Position numbers and translations under genes: made by a program. A stretch of 64,000 bases of DNA, taken from assembly GCA_965603825.1 (NCBI GenBank), contig CBFDEM010000032.1:744001-808000 (forward strand), given 5' to 3'. Positions 22,522-34,074 of the stretch are shown here, one piece after another (the first letter of the stretch is position 1; the number at the start of each line of letters is the position of its first letter). Origin of the DNA: Blepharisma stoltei ATCC 30299 (Eukaryota; Protista; Ciliophora). Below the pieces are notes generated by a model. It saw only the letters and a list, made by a program, of their open reading frames with translations, was not told the DNA's origin and ran no database searches.

Positions 22522-23079
22522 TTAGCTTAATCCTTGAGGTGGCTGCATCAGTGACCCAAGCCAGCCTGTGTTCATTGTTTTTTGCATTTCTTTCATTTCT
22601 TTCATCTGTTCAGGGTCTAATTTCATCTTCGGCATACAAAAAGTCAGCCCAATCATGACGACGGCGATCAAGACCATAGGGTTTAAAAAAATGCTGGCAA
22701 TAGAAAACCCTTCTCTGGTCTCAAAATAGTGGATTCTTCTTTCAGCAGTAAATCTTAGAGGGTATGGGACTCTTTCTTGTCGCAGTGCAGTTGGGACACC
22801 GTCTTGTGCTGTTATAATAGAGCCAGATACTTCTACAAGTACTGGGTTAAAATGATACATAGCGTCGTAAACCTCAACTATATGTGTCCCATCCTCTACC
22901 CCAAAAAATTTAAAGTGTCCATTTGCATCTGGATAAGCGAACTTTTCCCCGTTATCCAATATAACTTTTGTTGTTTTGCGCTGTTCCCAATATCTTTTTT
23001 CATTAGGGTCTCTCGGAGACACAATATCACCATTAAGTGTGGCTGCTGATACTGCTGATATGAGAAACAATAGAAACAT
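22522..23079 (-). CDS. EMC7: ER membrane protein complex subunit 7-like
   Basis: Signal peptide MFLLFLISAVSA, beta-sandwich (DANGHFKF), YFETREGFSIASIFLNPMVL TM segment, DPEQMKEM tail. Confidence 0.8.
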   Translation of the reverse strand: MFLLFLISAVSAATLNGDIVSPRDPNEKRYWEQRKTTKVILDNGEKFAYPDANGHFKFFGVEDGTHIVEVYDAMYHFNPVLVEVSGSIITAQDGVPTALRQERVPYPLRFTAERRIHYFETREGFSIASIFLNPMVLIAVVMIGLTFCMPKMKLDPEQMKEMKEMQKTMNTGWLGSLMQPPQGLS

Positions 23080-23086
23080 ATTTAAT

Positions 23087-23947
23087 ATGAAAAAGTGATT
23101 AGCCAGCTTCCCATCAAAAATTGGCAGCTTAAATATACACAAAGATTCTGCACTTTTTGAGACTAGCAAGACAAAAGTTAGGTATTTGATAAAAAGGTAC
23201 ACATATAAAACTAAGCCTGAAAATTGGAAGAAATTTATGACAAAACATTATTTAAAGGTCCAAGATGATGAAGAAGTCGCTATATTTGAGGAGCCAGGAT
23301 TTGATAGCGTTTATGAGAGTGATAGAAGTGTGTTGATTTTGCCAAGCCCAGTTACAAGGTTAAATGTAATACAGATGGTATATGAATTAAGGTAAAAAAA
23401 AGCTAGAAATATTGGGATAAAAGGATGGGTGTTGGAGTCACATGCGGTTTTTGAAAAAAGAGAAAATATAGAGCTGGCTTTGGAATTTTTAGATAAAAAA
23501 GCTAATCTTTTGGCATGCTCAGCTAATTATAATGCAATCCAAGACAGTCCTTTATATACTCAAGCTGTTGTGATAGACCCTATAATGAACCCAAAAATTT
23601 GTTTTCAATCTCTTCCTTGCCATCTAGACCAAAAACTTCTCCTCACATGCTTATCACACAGAACAAAACCTCTCACAAAGTCTAAAGAAGAAGAGCTTGC
23701 TTTATTTATCAATGAATCCAGCTCAAATTCTATGTCAGAACTCATAGGAAATCACATGCCTCCTCAGCTTGACTCTTCAAAACCCTTCATCGCCTATCTC
23801 ACATCTTCCGCATTTGATTTTTCCATAAAATCCTCCAAATCTCCACTTTTCTACGAAAAATCCTTCTTCAAGCTCGACTTAATCCCACCCCGTGAAAAAA
23901 TCATCTCCAATATTTTTAAATCAATAGAAAATATCATTAAATCTTAA
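23087..23947 (+). CDS. Hypothetical protein; 15-nt intron 23392-23406 (alternative start 23238)
   Basis: Splicing GTAAAAAAAAGCTAG joins ORFs 23186 and 23429 in frame; with TGA=W the frame extends back to ATG 23087. Confidence 0.65.
23392..23406 (+). other. 15-nt intron
   Basis: GT..AG, 15 nt, in-frame TAA, A at position 10. Confidence 0.85.
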
Positions 23948-25164
23948 TTTACCTCTTCCTCTTCGTCCACTTCTTCAAAACCACTAGATCTAGCTCTATT
24001 TTCTGCTGGAGAATTTCTTACATATTCTTCTTTAGCTTTATTGTATCTTTCCTTAAAATCAGCATTATGATATAATAAAATTTCTTCATATATCAAGCTT
24101 TTAAGCTCCCGAATTGACAAATTTTGCTCCTCAAACTGAAAATCAAAAATCGAGACTGGGTCAGAGACTGGCTCATCTTCTTCACAGTGAAAAGTACTTA
24201 AATAAGGATGGGCAAGGGCGTCTTCTACAGAAATCCTTTTATCTGGGTTGAAAACTAGCATTCTTTTGAGAAGGTCAACGGCGTCTGGGTTTGAGTTGCG
24301 GAAAACCACTTGTAAGGATTTTCCTTCACGTCTGGAAAATGTGGCGAGTTTTTCTTTGGATTTTTGGTTAGGAATTGCTTCAATATCTTCGTCATTGGGA
24401 GTTCCTAATAAATTAAAAATTAATTCTAATTGGTGATTAGAGTCATTTCCAGGTAGTAAAGGTCTTCTTAGTAGCAGCTCGGCAAAAATACACCCAACTG
24501 ACCACATGTCCATTGCTGATGAATATTTCCTGCAAGCCAGCAGCACTTCTGGAGCCCTGTACCATCTTGTAGCGACGTAATCCGTCATCTGTGCTGACGT
24601 GATCCTTAAGTTATTGATATAAGGCCTGGCAAGTCCAAAGTCACAAATTTTTAAGTCACAGTTAGAATTTACTAATAAATTTCTTGGCTTCAAATCTCTA
24701 TGCAATATGCAAGCACTGGCCATATACTTTACACCTATCAAAATTTGATACAAAAAGAATTGGCAGTGCTCATCAGTTATAGACTGAGGCGATTTAATAA
24801 TTGATGATAAATCAGTCTCCAAAAGTTCACAAATCACATAAATTTCTTCGAAATCGTCCCTGTTACTGGGGAGAAGGATTGATCTGACTTTCATGATATT
24901 TTCATGGTCAAGCAGACGTAGGATTTTCAGCTCTCTTAGTGTTCTTTTGGTAAATGTAGGGTGTTCAAACGCTTTTTCTATCTTTTTAATTGCAACTCGC
25001 TCCCCTGTGGTTGTATCTCTTGCAGATACTACGACGCCGTAAGCTCCACTTCCAATAATATCAATTATTTCATATCTGCCACCTGTTGCAAAGTTAGCAC
25101 CGAGGAGGTTGACTTGCTGAGGTTTGTTTGTGGCACTGGAATTGTCTCGATTTCGTCTGTCCAT
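23944..25164 (-). CDS. MAP kinase (ERK-like, TDY activation loop)
   Basis: GSGAYG, HRDLKP, DFGLAR, MTDYVATRWYRAPE. Confidence 0.95.
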   Translation of the reverse strand: MDRRNRDNSSATNKPQQVNLLGANFATGGRYEIIDIIGSGAYGVVVSARDTTTGERVAIKKIEKAFEHPTFTKRTLRELKILRLLDHENIMKVRSILLPSNRDDFEEIYVICELLETDLSSIIKSPQSITDEHCQFFLYQILIGVKYMASACILHRDLKPRNLLVNSNCDLKICDFGLARPYINNLRITSAQMTDYVATRWYRAPEVLLACRKYSSAMDMWSVGCIFAELLLRRPLLPGNDSNHQLELIFNLLGTPNDEDIEAIPNQKSKEKLATFSRREGKSLQVVFRNSNPDAVDLLKRMLVFNPDKRISVEDALAHPYLSTFHCEEDEPVSDPVSIFDFQFEEQNLSIRELKSLIYEEILLYHNADFKERYNKAKEEYVRNSPAENRARSSGFEEVDEEEEVN

Positions 25165-25621
25165 TTCAAGTGATTTTTTATATGAAATTAATTTGGAGTA
25201 AGAAATGGATATATATTTTGAGAAATATCGTAAATTGATACGTTATTTTGTGAGATTTAGGCTGCTTTATGTTGCTTATACAGCAAAATTAAAGATGAAA
25301 TAAAGTAATTTCTTTTATAAAAGGAAATATTGTGTGACAACTGTAGTTTTATTTTAAGACAATACTCTGAATAATATTAATATTAGTATTTATGTTAATA
25401 TAAAATTTATGACAAATTAAGGATAATTCATTCAAAATTGAATTTAATAAAAATCGCTAATATAATGCATGCCGTAATATATTTTTAGATTTTATGAGCA
25501 TTTTAACATAAAATCAAATTATTTTCATACAGAAGGAAAATTATCCAGAACAATAACTTTAAATTGCAGTAGAAAATAATAATGAGAAGTAAGTCTAATA
25601 TGAATATATAGATATAAAGAA

Positions 25622-25821
25622 CTAGTCAGACCCACTTGCAAGCCATAAGCTTATAAGCCAGAGGTCATCGCCCAATGACAAGAAGGCAAGCCTTCTTGAT
25701 TGAGATATCCCATAGCGGCTGCAAGTGCACGTCTCATCATCCTAGAGCGGGTTATCGCCTTTTTTGATAAAGTAAAAGAGGAAAAATCACTATAGAAGTG
25801 ATCCTGTACGAGTACAGTCCT
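25622..25821 (-). ncRNA. U3: U3 box C/D snoRNA
   Basis: 5' AGGACTGTACTCGTACAGGATCACTTCTATAG (GAC/A'/A boxes, complementary to the 18S 5' end TGATCCTG..AGTC). Box C' GATGATGA, box C CGATGA, box D GTCTGA, terminal CTAG/CTAG stem, CACTTGCAGCC/GGCTTGCAAGTG stem; ~200 nt. Confidence 0.9.
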
Positions 25822-25870
25822 AATTGATTTTACCAAATTTCCTTTTTATCATCCATTTTATTATTTTTTG

Positions 25871-25880
25871 TTATGGGACA
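25871..25880 (-). promoter_or_regulatory. Candidate snRNA-type upstream element TGTCCCATAA (-50 to -59 of U3)
   Basis: GC-containing island in AT-rich DNA at the usual PSE/USE distance; resembles the CCCATAA core I recall for ciliate snRNA genes. Confidence 0.45.
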
Positions 25881-25947
25881 TATAATTTAAGTAAATTTCT
25901 TAAGATGATTTGCTCGTGATAAGGGAGAATTAGTATCTTAAAGAAAA

Positions 25948-26910
25948 TTAATTTTCGCAATCTTCAGCTTCAATGCTCAAAGTTGGCCCACCCAAGGAGA
26001 TAATATCATTATCATGGACCTCCATAAGCGGAGACATCTCTCCTCTTTCCAATGTGCTTTTATTATGGAAATACCTAAAAATTCCCATTTTTGATCCTGC
26101 ATCCGAAATCACCCAAATCCCATATCTAATTTCTACGTCTGCATGCTTTTTAGACACACTATAATCGTCTGATAAATTAATTGCGCATTCTGAAGATCTT
26201 CCAATAGAAAACACTTTCCTCGCGACCGTTTGCAGCCTTTCTCCTTTATCTTTCGAAAATATTTTAAATGTAATTGACTCATTCCTCTTGATATCTTCTA
26301 CTTGTATCCTTGTACTTCCAATTTTAAACACTGATCCAATCGTTAAAGGTGACTCTGGGACTCTTTTGCAAGCAACATATCTATCAGTTGAGGACTCTTG
26401 GGCCAGAAGATGTCCACAGTCCATTTGGAAAATCATTTGTGCGTCTCCATGGTATTTTAATATATAATCAGGAATTTGTTGATTTCTAGAAACTCCAATG
26501 ATAGTTTGTGGCTTTTGGACTGAAATTTGTTCTGTTTGCTGCCCAGGGTTACTGATCAGAATTGACATTCGGGGCATTGAAGTTTCTAAGAAATTTTCAT
26601 CTTTTTGTTCAAAAGAATTTTCATCTTTTAAGCTGGCTTGGATTTTTGGTTTTTCTCTATCATAAGGGACAGGTGGGATAATATTATTAGGAGCCTTCAT
26701 TTGTGGAGTCGGCTCATTGTATTTGATAGGAAAATCAAAACTTGATTTTATTAGAGGATTGTCTAAAAACTGAGAAAGGCCGGCTTGGTTGTTTAGTAAA
26801 GTATTAGTGACAAGGTCAACACTTGGATTTCTCCGTTCTTGCTGTGCAAAGCCATTCCCTTGCATTGCATAAGGTCGTCTGATATCGTGATAATCAGAGT
26901 TTGCTCTCAT
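25948..26910 (-). CDS. FHA-domain protein
   Basis: FSIGRSSEC..VSKKHA..DAGSKMG FHA motif, with a second degenerate FHA upstream. Confidence 0.85.
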   Translation of the reverse strand: MRANSDYHDIRRPYAMQGNGFAQQERRNPSVDLVTNTLLNNQAGLSQFLDNPLIKSSFDFPIKYNEPTPQMKAPNNIIPPVPYDREKPKIQASLKDENSFEQKDENFLETSMPRMSILISNPGQQTEQISVQKPQTIIGVSRNQQIPDYILKYHGDAQMIFQMDCGHLLAQESSTDRYVACKRVPESPLTIGSVFKIGSTRIQVEDIKRNESITFKIFSKDKGERLQTVARKVFSIGRSSECAINLSDDYSVSKKHADVEIRYGIWVISDAGSKMGIFRYFHNKSTLERGEMSPLMEVHDNDIISLGGPTLSIEAEDCEN

Positions 26911-26948
26911 AAATTTAATTATAATATATAGAATTTTTAAAATCAAAT

Positions 26949-29900
26949 TTACACCACCTGTTTTCTTACCCTTGAATTCAGAAAAATGATGAATGGCCCA
27001 AGCCTAAAAGTCCCGATATTTGGGATATCTAGTTTAGCTTCACTGTTGGCTGATCTTTTTAAGTTCAAAAATTCTTCATTTGACAAGTTAAATTGTCCAA
27101 TCATGTCTGAGCTTTCCCCTTGGTTAAAAATTATCTCAAAATGTCAGCCTTTTTTCTTATGGTGGCTATAATGGAGTTCTAGAGAATTTTTTGTGTCTTT
27201 TCGGAAGCCATATTCCAGCCTTTCAATGACCCCGTTGTTTTCTAGTGTTACAATAGAGACGTTTCCAGCGACATCATGCTGGACATCAGCAGGCAAATCA
27301 AGAATTTTTCTTTTTTTCATTACTAAATTGTGGGTTTGTGACAGCTTAAAATATGACATATTTTTCATTTCTTTTTCATTTGGGTGTAAAGAAGTCCTGA
27401 AATTTGCAATGGTATCGAGAGCTGCTGTTAAATCTTTTTCTTTTTCTCTTAGATTATGGAAATATTCTTCTTGAGCTGCAGTAATATGGTGTATCCCTTC
27501 TTGTAGCCTCCTTAAATACTGTTTATAGCTATGTCTATCCTTCAGTCTTTTTGACAGCTCAAATAGCAAATAATCCATCGAAAAATCCCTGCTCATCAAG
27601 TCCTGGACTTTTTCATCAGCTGCTCTCAGCTCAAATAATATTTTATAATTCGGATTTGGCGTGCTCAATATAGACTCTATCGTTTTTCTAAATTTCGTCG
27701 ACAATTCTTCAAGCGTAATCGCTGAAAATTTTGGGATCTGCCTTGAGGCATTTTCTATAGAAACCAAAAATTCGTCTTCTTCTCTGACATGTAAGTGCTT
27801 TATAAGTGTGCTATGAGTCCTTGTAGTTATTGCTAGACTTTTCGGCATTGGCACACCACAGCCAGCACATACAGAAACTTCGTCATAGTCATACAAAAAA
27901 TGGTTATTCATTTGTAGATTTATTTTAAAATTATCAGCTGATTTGGCGACTTCTGAGCCTATGTCACTCATATGGTCTAAATGGTCATATAGTAAATCTC
28001 TGCCTGGAAATAGCTCAACTTGCTTTCTATATTTAATAAGGTAGATTGATAAAGTAATGATGTCGTTGACAGGGTAATGGATAAAGGAGTCTATAACTGA
28101 AAAATGGGTGGTAAAGCTCGATATAATAAGATCGACCTCAGAAGAGTCTTCAACTTCTATACAGGTTTCCAGTGTAGAAATAAGCTGCTCATGGGAAGTC
28201 AAAATAAAAGAATTTAAGGTCGAATAATGGTCACCTATAAAACAGGTCTTGTCTACTATTTTTCTGATAATGTCTGTGATTATTGACATTGTGTCTCTTT
28301 CACCTTCTTCTATAGTCTGGGTCGTTAAACCTTCAGTTTCGGGGGTCATGATTACTGGGAGGAGCAATTGGGTTATCATAAGCCTCAAAAGCGCTTTTTG
28401 GAACTTTAAACGGGCGTGCTCATGGCCTACTTCACGAAGCCATGCTTTATTTGCCATTTTGGAAAAAGTGTGCTTCATAAGGATTTTTATAGGCGTTGGG
28501 AGGATGCTGGGGAAAGCTTTTATCGTGTCAATAAAATACCCTGCAGCTCGGATAGCATAGGTAATACCATCATTAAAAGCAGACTGTGCTTTTTTTTCTT
28601 TTATTACAGAATTAGCAGTTTGGCCGCTTCCTTGCCTTTGGGTAAGCCTAGAAACTTCTATAGGATCAATAACTATCCCATTATTCCCAATCGCTTTTAC
28701 CATGTCTAAAAGCTCATTAGTAGGCCTATGCAAAATTTTATAAAATAAGTCACTCCCATAATCCCTGCTAAAAAAACTCAATAAAAATTGGGCTGTCGGA
28801 CATCCAGGGACCACAAATAAATCGTCAATCATATTGGCATTTTCGATTTCTCCTGCAATGACTTCTTTGCATAGAGAAATATACAGTAAAGAGTCCCTAG
28901 AAATAAGCTTCCCCATCATAGCATCTAGGTGGATATTGGAATATATAGGCCTGATACTTGTAATGAGGGTTGATATGTCACGGCTGCCACGCTGCCTCAT
29001 AATATTGACCAGTCTTGAAATATAACAAGGCTGCTGCTGAAGGATCCATATCATATTTTCAATCCTCCCCAAATTACTCGCCAAGTACTTCGGGATGTGT
29101 ACAATTAAATAATCCCTCTGTGGCAGCTTCAGCTCATAAGTCCTCTGTAGGATTTTCCCTTCAATTTGGATTTTTAAGTCATGAATCCTCTCCTCAGATT
29201 CCTTACTAGTTTTAAAAGTTTTGACGATTTCTGCCAAATTTCTATGGACTTCGGCTTCTTCTCGTCTGAGCTCAGACTCTAAACAGTCTTCTTCTTCATT
29301 TTGCAGCACCAGCATCATTTCTTTGAAGCTAGAAATCCTTACCCCAGTGTCTAGCTGTGACAGAACGAGGTCTAAAGCATTTAGTTCGTCTTGTTCATCA
29401 TCAAAATTTGCTGACTCTTGTATGGCGTTTCACCTTGTTTCTAAAATTTCAGGGGTTTTTATGTTATTGGTGTTGCCAAAGCCAAGTCTGCCGCCGCTTC
29501 CGCAGCCCCAGGCGTAGATGTCACCATTTGTGGTTAGTACTAAGTTGTGGTTTATTTTTGCAGAAATGTCACATATGTTAGAAGGGAGAGGGAGCTTGAA
29601 TGGCTGTGGCAAAGGCTCGTTTTCAGCTTTATTACCGAGTTTTCCGTATTTATTGAAGCCTCATATAAAGGTATCGCCTTGTTCTGTGATGGCTAATGAG
29701 TGCTCTTCTGCTGCACAAATAAGCCGAAAAGTTTTATCGTGCAAATTTCCTATCAGTTTTGGCTCAGTCAAATCGACCCTGGAAAGGACCATTTCTTTTC
29801 GTCCTGCGCCATATAGGACTAGTTTTTCATCTAAAAATAAGGTATGTGATGCTCCACAGGAGACCATTTTATAAATTCGCTCACCTTTCCCATGGATTTG

Positions 29901-31778
29901 TTTAGGTGAAAAAAGGTTTTCGCTGCTCCCATTGCCAAGTTTCCCATAAAATCCTGACCCTCAGGTATAAACTGCTCCATTATGCCCAATAACTGCCATA
30001 TGGCTTTGTCCTGCTGATATATAAGAAATATTCAATAAATCCCTAATTAATTTTGGGAAAACTTGATGAGGGACCCTACCAAGGCCTAGCTTCCCTGAAT
30101 CAGAATTCCCAAAGGTATAGACTTCTCCTATTTCTGAAAGCACAGCACTATAGTCTTCTCCACAGGCTCCTTGTATAATTCCTTTTCCTTGTAGCATTTC
30201 TACTATTTTCGGTATAAAACAGATCCCAGCAAACCCATTTCCAAGCTGCCCAAATCTTCCATTTCCTCACGTAAGGACTTCTCCTCTGGTCGATATTGCT
30301 AAGCTATGCTGTGAGCCACAAGCTACGGATTTTATAATATAATTATTCAAATTCTGACATATCACAGGGACCAGCTGGTCTTCTTCATTTTTTCCTACCC
30401 CAAGTGCTCCATTTCTATTCTCCCCTCATGCCCAGACAGTGCCACTTTTAGTAACAGCCAATGAGTGCTGCCCTCCACAGGCCACTTGTATCATTTTTCA
30501 AGCATCCCTTGCAGGTGTATTCCTAATCATTAATTTTTTGGACCCTGTGATCTGGGCTATTCTTTCTATAATCCTAACACCCCCAGTCACCCCATATATA
30601 AACTGTGGAGGAATCGCTTTTGGGAATGCCTGGTCGTCCCTGGCATCTGTGCCATGGCCAAGTCTTCCATGCCCATGATATCCTCACGTAAACACTTCTC
30701 CAGCTGATGAAATTGCCATAGAATGCCACGGCCCAACCGCGACCTGTGTGATTTTTTTGCCTTCTAAAAACCTTATCTGCAGCGGTATCAGCATAGTCCT
30801 GATTTCTTTTAAGTCAAAAAGCCCAGTAACTCCATAATTTCCGGCACCCCATGCAAAGACTTCTCCTTGGACTGAAATAGAAAGGCTGTGTCTGAAGCCA
30901 CAAGCGACCATATACATTCTTTTACCTTGTAGTGCAGTCACAATGCTGGGGATCTGGACGTCAATTTCTGAGCCATGGCCTAGTCTTCCATATGACCCAG
31001 CTCCTCAGCTATAAACTTCTCCCAGATTGGAAACCGCTGCTGAGTGGCTGTCTCCTGCTGACACATACATAATATTTTCTCTAAATAAATATTCTATAGG
31101 TTTAGGAGTAGCCGTCCCTATAGTGTCTCCATGGCCTAAACGGCCATGTCCTCCATTCCCTCAGCTGTATACTTTAAAATCTTTTGTAGTAATTAATACA
31201 TGTTTAGCGCCACAGGAAACACCAATAATAATAGTGTCACTTAAAGCTTGGACAATGGTAGGTTTACTATAAGAATCGGTGCTGCCGTGGCCTAAGTTTC
31301 CATATGTCCCGTTTCCTCAGGAGTAAAGTCTGCCACTTTCTGTGATACAGGCTGCAAAATCACGGCCGCAGCTGACCCTGCAAGCTTTTTCAGGGAGTCT
31401 TATAAGGGTTGGCTCTCTAACTTCGTTAGGAAGCTCGTCTATGTCATCATTTCCAATGCCGACTTGGCCCATATTGTTTACGCCTCATCCTATAAGCTTG
31501 CCTGCTTCATTTTTATCTTCAGGAAGCAGAGAAATCACCATTGTAAACTCAGCGCCACAGTCAATTTGGTTAGCAGAGCCTCCTATGCTTGCTATATCAA
31601 TCTTTTTTGGTCTTCATATTGGCTCTGGGCCAGAATCTAATGCAAGTTTTCCGTTTTTATTGCAGCCTCACACAAAAATTTCTCCAGCATCATTAATAGC
31701 ACTAGAAAACTGATGCCCACAAGCAATCCTTTTGGGTGGTAAAAAATGCACGTTTGAGCTGTCTGCAGTCGAAATCAT
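26949..31778 (-). CDS. ~1609-aa RCC1-repeat + IQGAP-like RasGAP-related (GRD/RasGAP_C) protein
   Basis: One frame from ATG 31778 to TAA 26949 with 14 in-frame TGA, ten of them in the RCC1 xxW-G..GxLG motif. C-terminal half: LQQQPCYISRL, LPTPIKILMK, LLLPVIMTPE. Confidence 0.85.
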
Positions 31779-31804
31779 TCAAATATAAGTTATTGCATTA
31801 TAAA

Positions 31805-34030
31805 ATGAAATCTACTTCAAATCATTCTTCGTTTTCTGGATTCCCAGACACCAATATTGAGCTTGACCAAGTTATAAGAGAACATGGGGCTGAGCTCGAT
31901 AAACAATTTGAGACTATGACTCAGAGGACAAAAACCTATACACAGGATGAAGTTCAGTCGTTGCATAAACAATACAATGCAATTGTTGCCCAAAATAAAG
32001 AAAAAGAGAAAAAAGTAAATGAGCTAGAAAGGTTGATCGAAAGGCTAAAATTACCAAAAAAAGAGCCAAGCTTATTGATGCACTCACGGCTAAGCTGATG
32101 CAACACTAACCGAGATTGAGCATTTTCAAACGTTGACGGCAAAGCTGAAGAAATCAGTGAAGAAATCGAAGATTTCGAATCAAAATACCAAGAAGAGCTC
32201 ATATACACCAAAAACTTAACTTCAATGTACCAAGAAGAACGAGAAGCACTAATCGTTTATAAAGAAAGAGCAAAAGAAGTCGAAAAATTAATCAGCCAAA
32301 TAATGAGCCAATATGAAAATGTCATGAGGGCTAAGAATATTGCAATAAGTTTCGAAATCCGAACAAATGGAGAATTATCAAGATTTAACCAATTTTTGAA
32401 GGAAAAAAGAAATGAGTATCTGAGAAAAGTGAAAAATAAAACTTTTGAACTGAGTGTGGTAGAAACTGAAATTAATGACATTATTGAAAGAATGGGGAAA
32501 CGGTCGCTAATCCAAAAGGTAAATTTTAATTAGCAACAAATAAGCTTGACCCAGCAAGTTTTTGCATTAGCAAAAGCAGAAAAAGAAGAAAATGAGAAAT
32601 CAATGATAATGAAAGAAAAGCTAAAAGAAAAAATTGAAAATTATGAGCTATTGTTTGGGCAGCTTTTAATTAAATTAGGATTAGAAGGGGATAGTTCGAT
32701 ACTGAAGACTGAAACTGTCAGCGAAATAATTAGCAGATATAACCATTTGTTATTTGTGGATGGGTCGTTATCGGAGAGATATTACCATTTGTCACAGTCT
32801 CATATTGTCAAGCTTGAGGAGTACCAAAACAATCTTAACGAGCTAAACCATTTTTTAGAAAATCTTCAGCCAGCTGAAAAAGAACAGTTTTCAATTTTGA
32901 CAAAAAATTCAAGCAATAAAGGCATTAGTGACGACCAAATAATGGAAACTGAAAAAATGATTTTTAAGCTTTATATTCAGCTACTAAACACTTCCACACA
33001 AATATGCCAATTATTCAAGCCAATAATGCAGAACTCTGACGTCCCTCAGACTTTACAAAATATAGTCGAAATTTTTTCTGAAGCAGTGAATATTTTTAAT
33101 AAAGGATTTTTAGAAAAAAGAAAGCCAAGCCAAGAAGACAAAAAAAAGCTTTCAGCTTTTTTTAAAACTGAGGTAGAAATCGCTGACAAAACCATTGACA
33201 ATTTTGTGTCAAGTTTATCATTTGCTTCACTCTCCAAAGGAGAAATAAAAGAAATTTATATGAAATTGATAGGAAATAACCATGAAGCTGAAGCTTTTGT
33301 AAAGCTGTTTCACTCATCACTTATATTAACACATTTTACTACAAAAGACTCATTGCAAAAATTTTTAGAAACTTCTGATAAGCCATTTGATAATTTGTCA
33401 GAGCTTTTATTTTCATCTTTGTCTATTTATCAATCTCAATTTAGAATTTTAAATTCCACGCTCATGAGAATTATCATAGATTCCAGCAAATGCGAAAAAG
33501 AACTAAATGGACAAGTTAACACCCTTCAAAATGAAAATAAAATTTCTTTAAATACTACCAAAAAGCCAGCATTGTATCCTAAAAAAATGATCAGAAATAA
33601 AGAACAGAAATTTTCGAGACAAGAAGAATCGTTCAAGCTTTCTGATCTCCGGAATAACTCATTTTTAGACGTCAGCAAAGAAAATGAAGAAGAAAAACCT
33701 TTAACAAGGCTTGAAGTTAAGCGGCCAAGCACAGTCACTGCTAATAAAACTGCAAGAACTGCCAATACAAGAGAAGAAAGACTCCAAAACACCCTTAAAG
33801 AATTTTTAGAGCTTGAGCGGAAAATAAAAAATCTAAAAATGAACGAAAATAAAGCCCAGAACTATAAAAGTGGAATCGCGGAAAAAATCCATGGGCCTTT
33901 AAGATCAGTCAGTTTACCTCATATTTCGTCAAGAGTCAAATCGGCGCTTAATAGGGATAAAACTGCTTCAAGGCTTAAAAACCTGCTAGAGAGTACCCAA
34001 GGGTCATTTAAAACAGCTAATCTATTGTAA
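31805..34030 (+). CDS. Coiled-coil protein; 15-nt intron 32519-32533
   Basis: ORFs 31736, 32225 and 32546 are in one frame, joined by two TGA and the intron GTAAATTTTAATTAG. Confidence 0.8.
32519..32533 (+). other. 15-nt intron
   Basis: GTAAATTTTAATTAG; terminal TAG is in frame. Confidence 0.88.
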
Positions 34031-34074
34031 TAAAACGGCATTTATGTGGATAATCTTACCTATTCTTAATAAAA

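Noticed and set aside
25651-25836. 61-aa minus-strand ORF
   Set aside because: It coincides with the U3 snoRNA.
29330-29343. GTAAGGATTTCTAG as an intron in the RCC1-GAP gene
   Set aside because: It is 14 nt, the frame is already open, and removal would cause a frameshift.
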